This document shows, piece by piece, positions 61,244 through 64,000 of a DNA stretch of 64,000 bases. Below the pieces are notes generated by a model. That model was given only the letters and a program-made list of their open reading frames with translations. It did no database searches and was not told where the DNA came from. Where the stretch lies: the NCBI GenBank assembly GCA_030431515.1, contig JAUIIX010000008.1, positions 13,071 to 77,070 on the forward strand. The letters run 5' to 3'. Positions within the stretch are counted from its first letter, which is position 1. Each line of letters opens with the position of its first letter. The position numbers were made by a program, and so were the translations under genes. The stretch is from a bacterium. GTDB lineage: Bacteria > Bacteroidota > Ignavibacteria > Kapaibacteriales > UBA2268.

Positions 61244-62269
61244 TTAATCTTTCTCATTTGGATATAATTTTTTTCTATTAATACCCTTTTTTTCTAAAAT
61301 AAGTTTTATATCAGAACTTAAATCGTTATGAATATCAAAACACCATATCTTATCTTTTATTTGATCATAATAAGGACTTCCATCTATATTTATTATATTT
61401 TTATTTATAGATTCATTAAATACATTTTCAAGAGGTAATATTGGATCATTATTGAATATAAACAAACCTTTTTGACATAAAATATTTTGATTTGTATTAA
61501 CACTTATGTTCTCTTCAACTAAATATTTCCAATCTGATAAGAGTAAAAGCTTATGATTTTTTAAAATATTATAATTATAGATATTAATTATATTTTCAAC
61601 ATAATTAAAATCATTTTTAGGATATTTATTTCTTAAGTTATAGACTGAATACATTACTAATTGTTTAATAAATATAAAATTTGGTAAATTATCTAAATAC
61701 TTATTAGTATCAATTAAATATAAAGAAAAATAATTATCAATATCTGAATGAATATTACTATTAATTTCTAAAGTACTAAAATATAATGCAATAAAATAAT
61801 TAATTGACCAATCTAAAAGTGGTGTGAAAAATTCATTATGTTGTAAAATACTTAATAAACCAATATCAGTTAATCTTTCATTTGTATATTCTGTGTTTAA
61901 TATTTCGTTTAATTTATTTTTATTTGTTCTATAATTTTCAATATTTTCATTTATAAATTTATCAAATATGCTTGCGTTTTCAGCATTTGAATTATATTTT
62001 AAATAAATTTCTTCTTGTATCCACTTTCTCTGAATAGTATTGAATAATTTATATTTTGCTTTATTTACACCTCGAAAAATAATATTTGGATTATAATAAT
62101 TAATGTTTTTCTTATTCCTTTCTGTTTGAATTGAATCTTTATTTCCATAATAAATATCATCTATTCTTACAAACATTTTTAATAAATCTTCTTTCGTGTC
62201 TATTATATTGTGATAAAAAAAATTAGATTTTTCTTCAAAATTATTATATTCTTCTAATTCACTCATCAC
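61244..62269 (-). CDS. FRG-domain protein
   Basis: IFRGVNKAKYKL ... LLSILQHNEFFTPLLDWSINYFIALYFS matches the FRG-domain core (F-R-G; QHyG.pT.LLDWT...AlyFA). Confidence 0.5.
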   Translation of the reverse strand: MMSELEEYNNFEEKSNFFYHNIIDTKEDLLKMFVRIDDIYYGNKDSIQTERNKKNINYYNPNIIFRGVNKAKYKLFNTIQRKWIQEEIYLKYNSNAENASIFDKFINENIENYRTNKNKLNEILNTEYTNERLTDIGLLSILQHNEFFTPLLDWSINYFIALYFSTLEINSNIHSDIDNYFSLYLIDTNKYLDNLPNFIFIKQLVMYSVYNLRNKYPKNDFNYVENIINIYNYNILKNHKLLLLSDWKYLVEENISVNTNQNILCQKGLFIFNNDPILPLENVFNESINKNIINIDGSPYYDQIKDKIWCFDIHNDLSSDIKLILEKKGINRKKLYPNEKD

Positions 62270-62440
62270 TTTCCTTTTTTAATTATAAAATCTTTTGCAA
62301 CTTACAAAATCTTTTTATTTTAATCTACGACAACTTAATCAATTAGTGTATCTATTATTAACAAGATAGCTTTTGCCCTCGTTTTTTCTTGATTCGTGTA
62401 AGTTTTGATTTGGTGTATTGTATAGTTTATTATTAACAAG

Positions 62441-62466
62441 GGGTTGCAACCCCTTGTTGCAGTTAT
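62441..62466. repeat. perfect 24-bp palindrome AACAAGGGGTTGCAACCCCTTGTT
   Basis: Read directly. Lies 5 nt upstream of a 26-nt motif copy (62471-62496). Confidence 0.8.
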
Positions 62467-62525
62467 TTATGGATTCCACGCTTCGCTCTGAATGATGTTG
62501 GGTATTTCTGGGAGATTTAGTATTA

Positions 62526-62559
62526 ACCTTCCGAAGGTTCTGAATCTTCGGAAGGTTTC
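62526..62559. repeat. perfect 12-bp-stem hairpin AACCTTCCGAAG-gttctgaat-CTTCGGAAGGTT
   Basis: Read directly. Sits between two 26-nt motif copies, downstream of coaD. Confidence 0.8.
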
Positions 62560-62615
62560 GAAAGTCGTTAAGTATGTTTTTTTCGCTTCGCTCTGAATGA
62601 AAGGGATTTTTTTTC

Positions 62616-63092
62616 TTAATTTTTATTCTTTTCGATTAATTTTTGATTGACGAAGTCGGTAACAAAGTCTGAAACGTTTTCATTGTATCGACTTAATTCT
62701 CTTATTATACTTGAAGTAAGGTAAGAATATCTTTCATGGGGCATCATAAAAATTGTTGGAACATCACTGATTTTTCTGTTCATTAAAGCGATTTGCATTT
62801 CGTATTCAAAGTCTGTAACTGTGCGTAAGCCACGAATTAAAGCAACTGCTTTTTCATGGATTGATAGTTTGGCAATTAAACCAGAATAGAATATTACTTC
62901 AACATTGGATAAATGTTTTAATGATTCTCTTGTCATCTCAAGTCTTTCATCTTCTGTAAAAAGATGAATTTTTTTGGAGTTTATTGCAAGGACAACAATG
63001 ACTTTATCAAACATTTTAGCTGCTCTTTCAATAACATCGATATGTCCTTTATGAATTGGATCGAATGTACCTGCGTAAATTGCTTTTTTCAT
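62616..63092 (-). CDS. coaD: phosphopantetheine adenylyltransferase
   Basis: KAIYAGTFDPIHKGHIDVIERA (HxGH motif) and conserved PPAT C-terminal region. Confidence 0.9.
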   Translation of the reverse strand: MKKAIYAGTFDPIHKGHIDVIERAAKMFDKVIVVLAINSKKIHLFTEDERLEMTRESLKHLSNVEVIFYSGLIAKLSIHEKAVALIRGLRTVTDFEYEMQIALMNRKISDVPTIFMMPHERYSYLTSSIIRELSRYNENVSDFVTDFVNQKLIEKNKN

Positions 63093-63094
63093 AA

Positions 63095-64000
63095 TTATTG
63101 ATTTTTATTATTCTTTTCGTCTTGATTTAAAATAAACATTTTTAAAAGGTCTTCGGTTTCTTTACCATTAGAGAACTCTCTACCTAAAATAGATTGGTCA
63201 CTTGTGTTTGATGAAGAATTATTAATTTCTAATGCTGAATCTTCTTTATCAAACATCAAAGTGATAGCGTAAGTTACTAATAAACAAAATTCTAAACCTA
63301 ATGAAAAGAATACAAGTGATGGCTCTTGAGCAGGAATAAATTTTAGCCCTCTTAATCCAATTATAAAGATTAGGACGGCAGCACCAAAGTAAACTAATCC
63401 AAGAATAAAATTAGAATATTTGCTTGTTACATAAAATCTTAGATAAAATCCAATAGCAAATATAAATGTAGTTAAACTCATTGGAAAATTTGTATTTTGC
63501 CAAATTAATGCATTCCTTAGTGAAATAATATCTTCAACAGACATTTTCCAAGTTCTTTCGTAATCATGAATATCTCTAAGATCAGCGTTTATAAGCATTT
63601 CTTTAATTTTATTTCTTTCATTACTGCTATGAATACCAAAAACTTTTAAAGTTATTTTATCGATTTCAGATGCAATTACTCTTTCGATTTTTTGATGAAT
63701 AAATCCAATTGACTTAGGTAAAAGTGCAGAAACAATAAATGAAAAGAATAAACCAATGAAACTACAAGGGAAAATCAATGCTAATACTGGATTTAACCAA
63801 TATCTTGCTTCTTGAGGGGAGTTTTTATATATATCAATCACCCAATTAAATAAATAACTTGATTCCCTCACATCATTTTTTGAACTAAGTAGATAACTTG
63901 CAGAATCACCATTATTTATAATTACTCCAGCCAAATATGTACTGAAAAAATCTTCTAACAAAGGTAAAATTAAATAAAATGAACCAACTGTGCCTAAAAA
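63095..64000 (-). CDS. integral membrane protein, hypothetical (5' end beyond window)
   Basis: Reading frame stays open to the window end (…FLGTVGSFYLILPLLEDFF…). Multiple TM segments. Start 3 bp after coaD stop, suggesting translational coupling. Confidence 0.45.
   Translation of the reverse strand, partial: FLGTVGSFYLILPLLEDFFSTYLAGVIINNGDSASYLLSSKNDVRESSYLFNWVIDIYKNSPQEARYWLNPVLALIFPCSFIGLFFSFIVSALLPKSIGFIHQKIERVIASEIDKITLKVFGIHSSNERNKIKEMLINADLRDIHDYERTWKMSVEDIISLRNALIWQNTNFPMSLTTFIFAIGFYLRFYVTSKYSNFILGLVYFGAAVLIFIIGLRGLKFIPAQEPSLVFFSLGLEFCLLVTYAITLMFDKEDSALEINNSSSNTSDQSILGREFSNGKETEDLLKMFILNQDEKNNKNQ

Noticed and set aside
1-64000. tRNA/rRNA genes
   Set aside because: No tRNA-like T-arm/acceptor signatures (e.g. 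GGTTCGAATCC-type) and no rRNA-like conserved stretches were seen in any intergenic region.

Overview
This is a low-GC (~30%), AT-rich bacterial window from a Bacteroidota/Ignavibacteriota-like (FCB group) genome. Two giant secreted proteins (11680..15285 and 44559..47798) end in type-A T9SS C-terminal sorting domains. Most of the window is envelope and housekeeping genes. Recognised genes include a partial MltB-like lytic transglycosylase, an RlmI-like rRNA methyltransferase, MlaE, DacB/PBP4, an LPS heptosyltransferase, a rhomboid protease, B12-dependent class II ribonucleotide reductase (nrdJ), uvrA, pirin, an MFS transporter, gatB, tadA, recQ, a phosphohexomutase, aconitase and coaD.

Three regions look accessory or novel.

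(1) 28.9-33.3 kb, between nrdJ and uvrA. It holds a HEPN/MNT toxin-antitoxin pair co-oriented with a CoiA-like Zn-ribbon nuclease. Next to it is a repeat-dense locus with two ~425-bp units. In each unit, near-perfect 26-bp inverted repeats bracket a ~105-aa GIY-YIG nuclease gene. One copy carries a nonsense mutation. The units are interleaved with a conserved ~134-bp segment that carries a perfect 20-bp palindrome, and with small secreted cargo ORFs driven by conserved leaders. The same 26-nt motif occurs at least 12 times in the window, with a second cluster at 60-62.6 kb, like a REP/MITE family. There it forms ~170-190-bp composite repeats that flank a 154-aa ORF and sit beside an FRG-domain gene.

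(2) 2-11.6 kb. A motA-motB-OmpA-barrel operon lies close to two paralogous porin-like proteins that each carry two OmpA domains, one with a poly-proline linker.

(3) 52-53 kb. A T5orf172 (GIY-YIG-like) protein lies convergent on recQ.

No tRNA/rRNA genes, CRISPR arrays or riboswitches were recognised. All calls rest on motif-level reading of the supplied translations; no database search was run.
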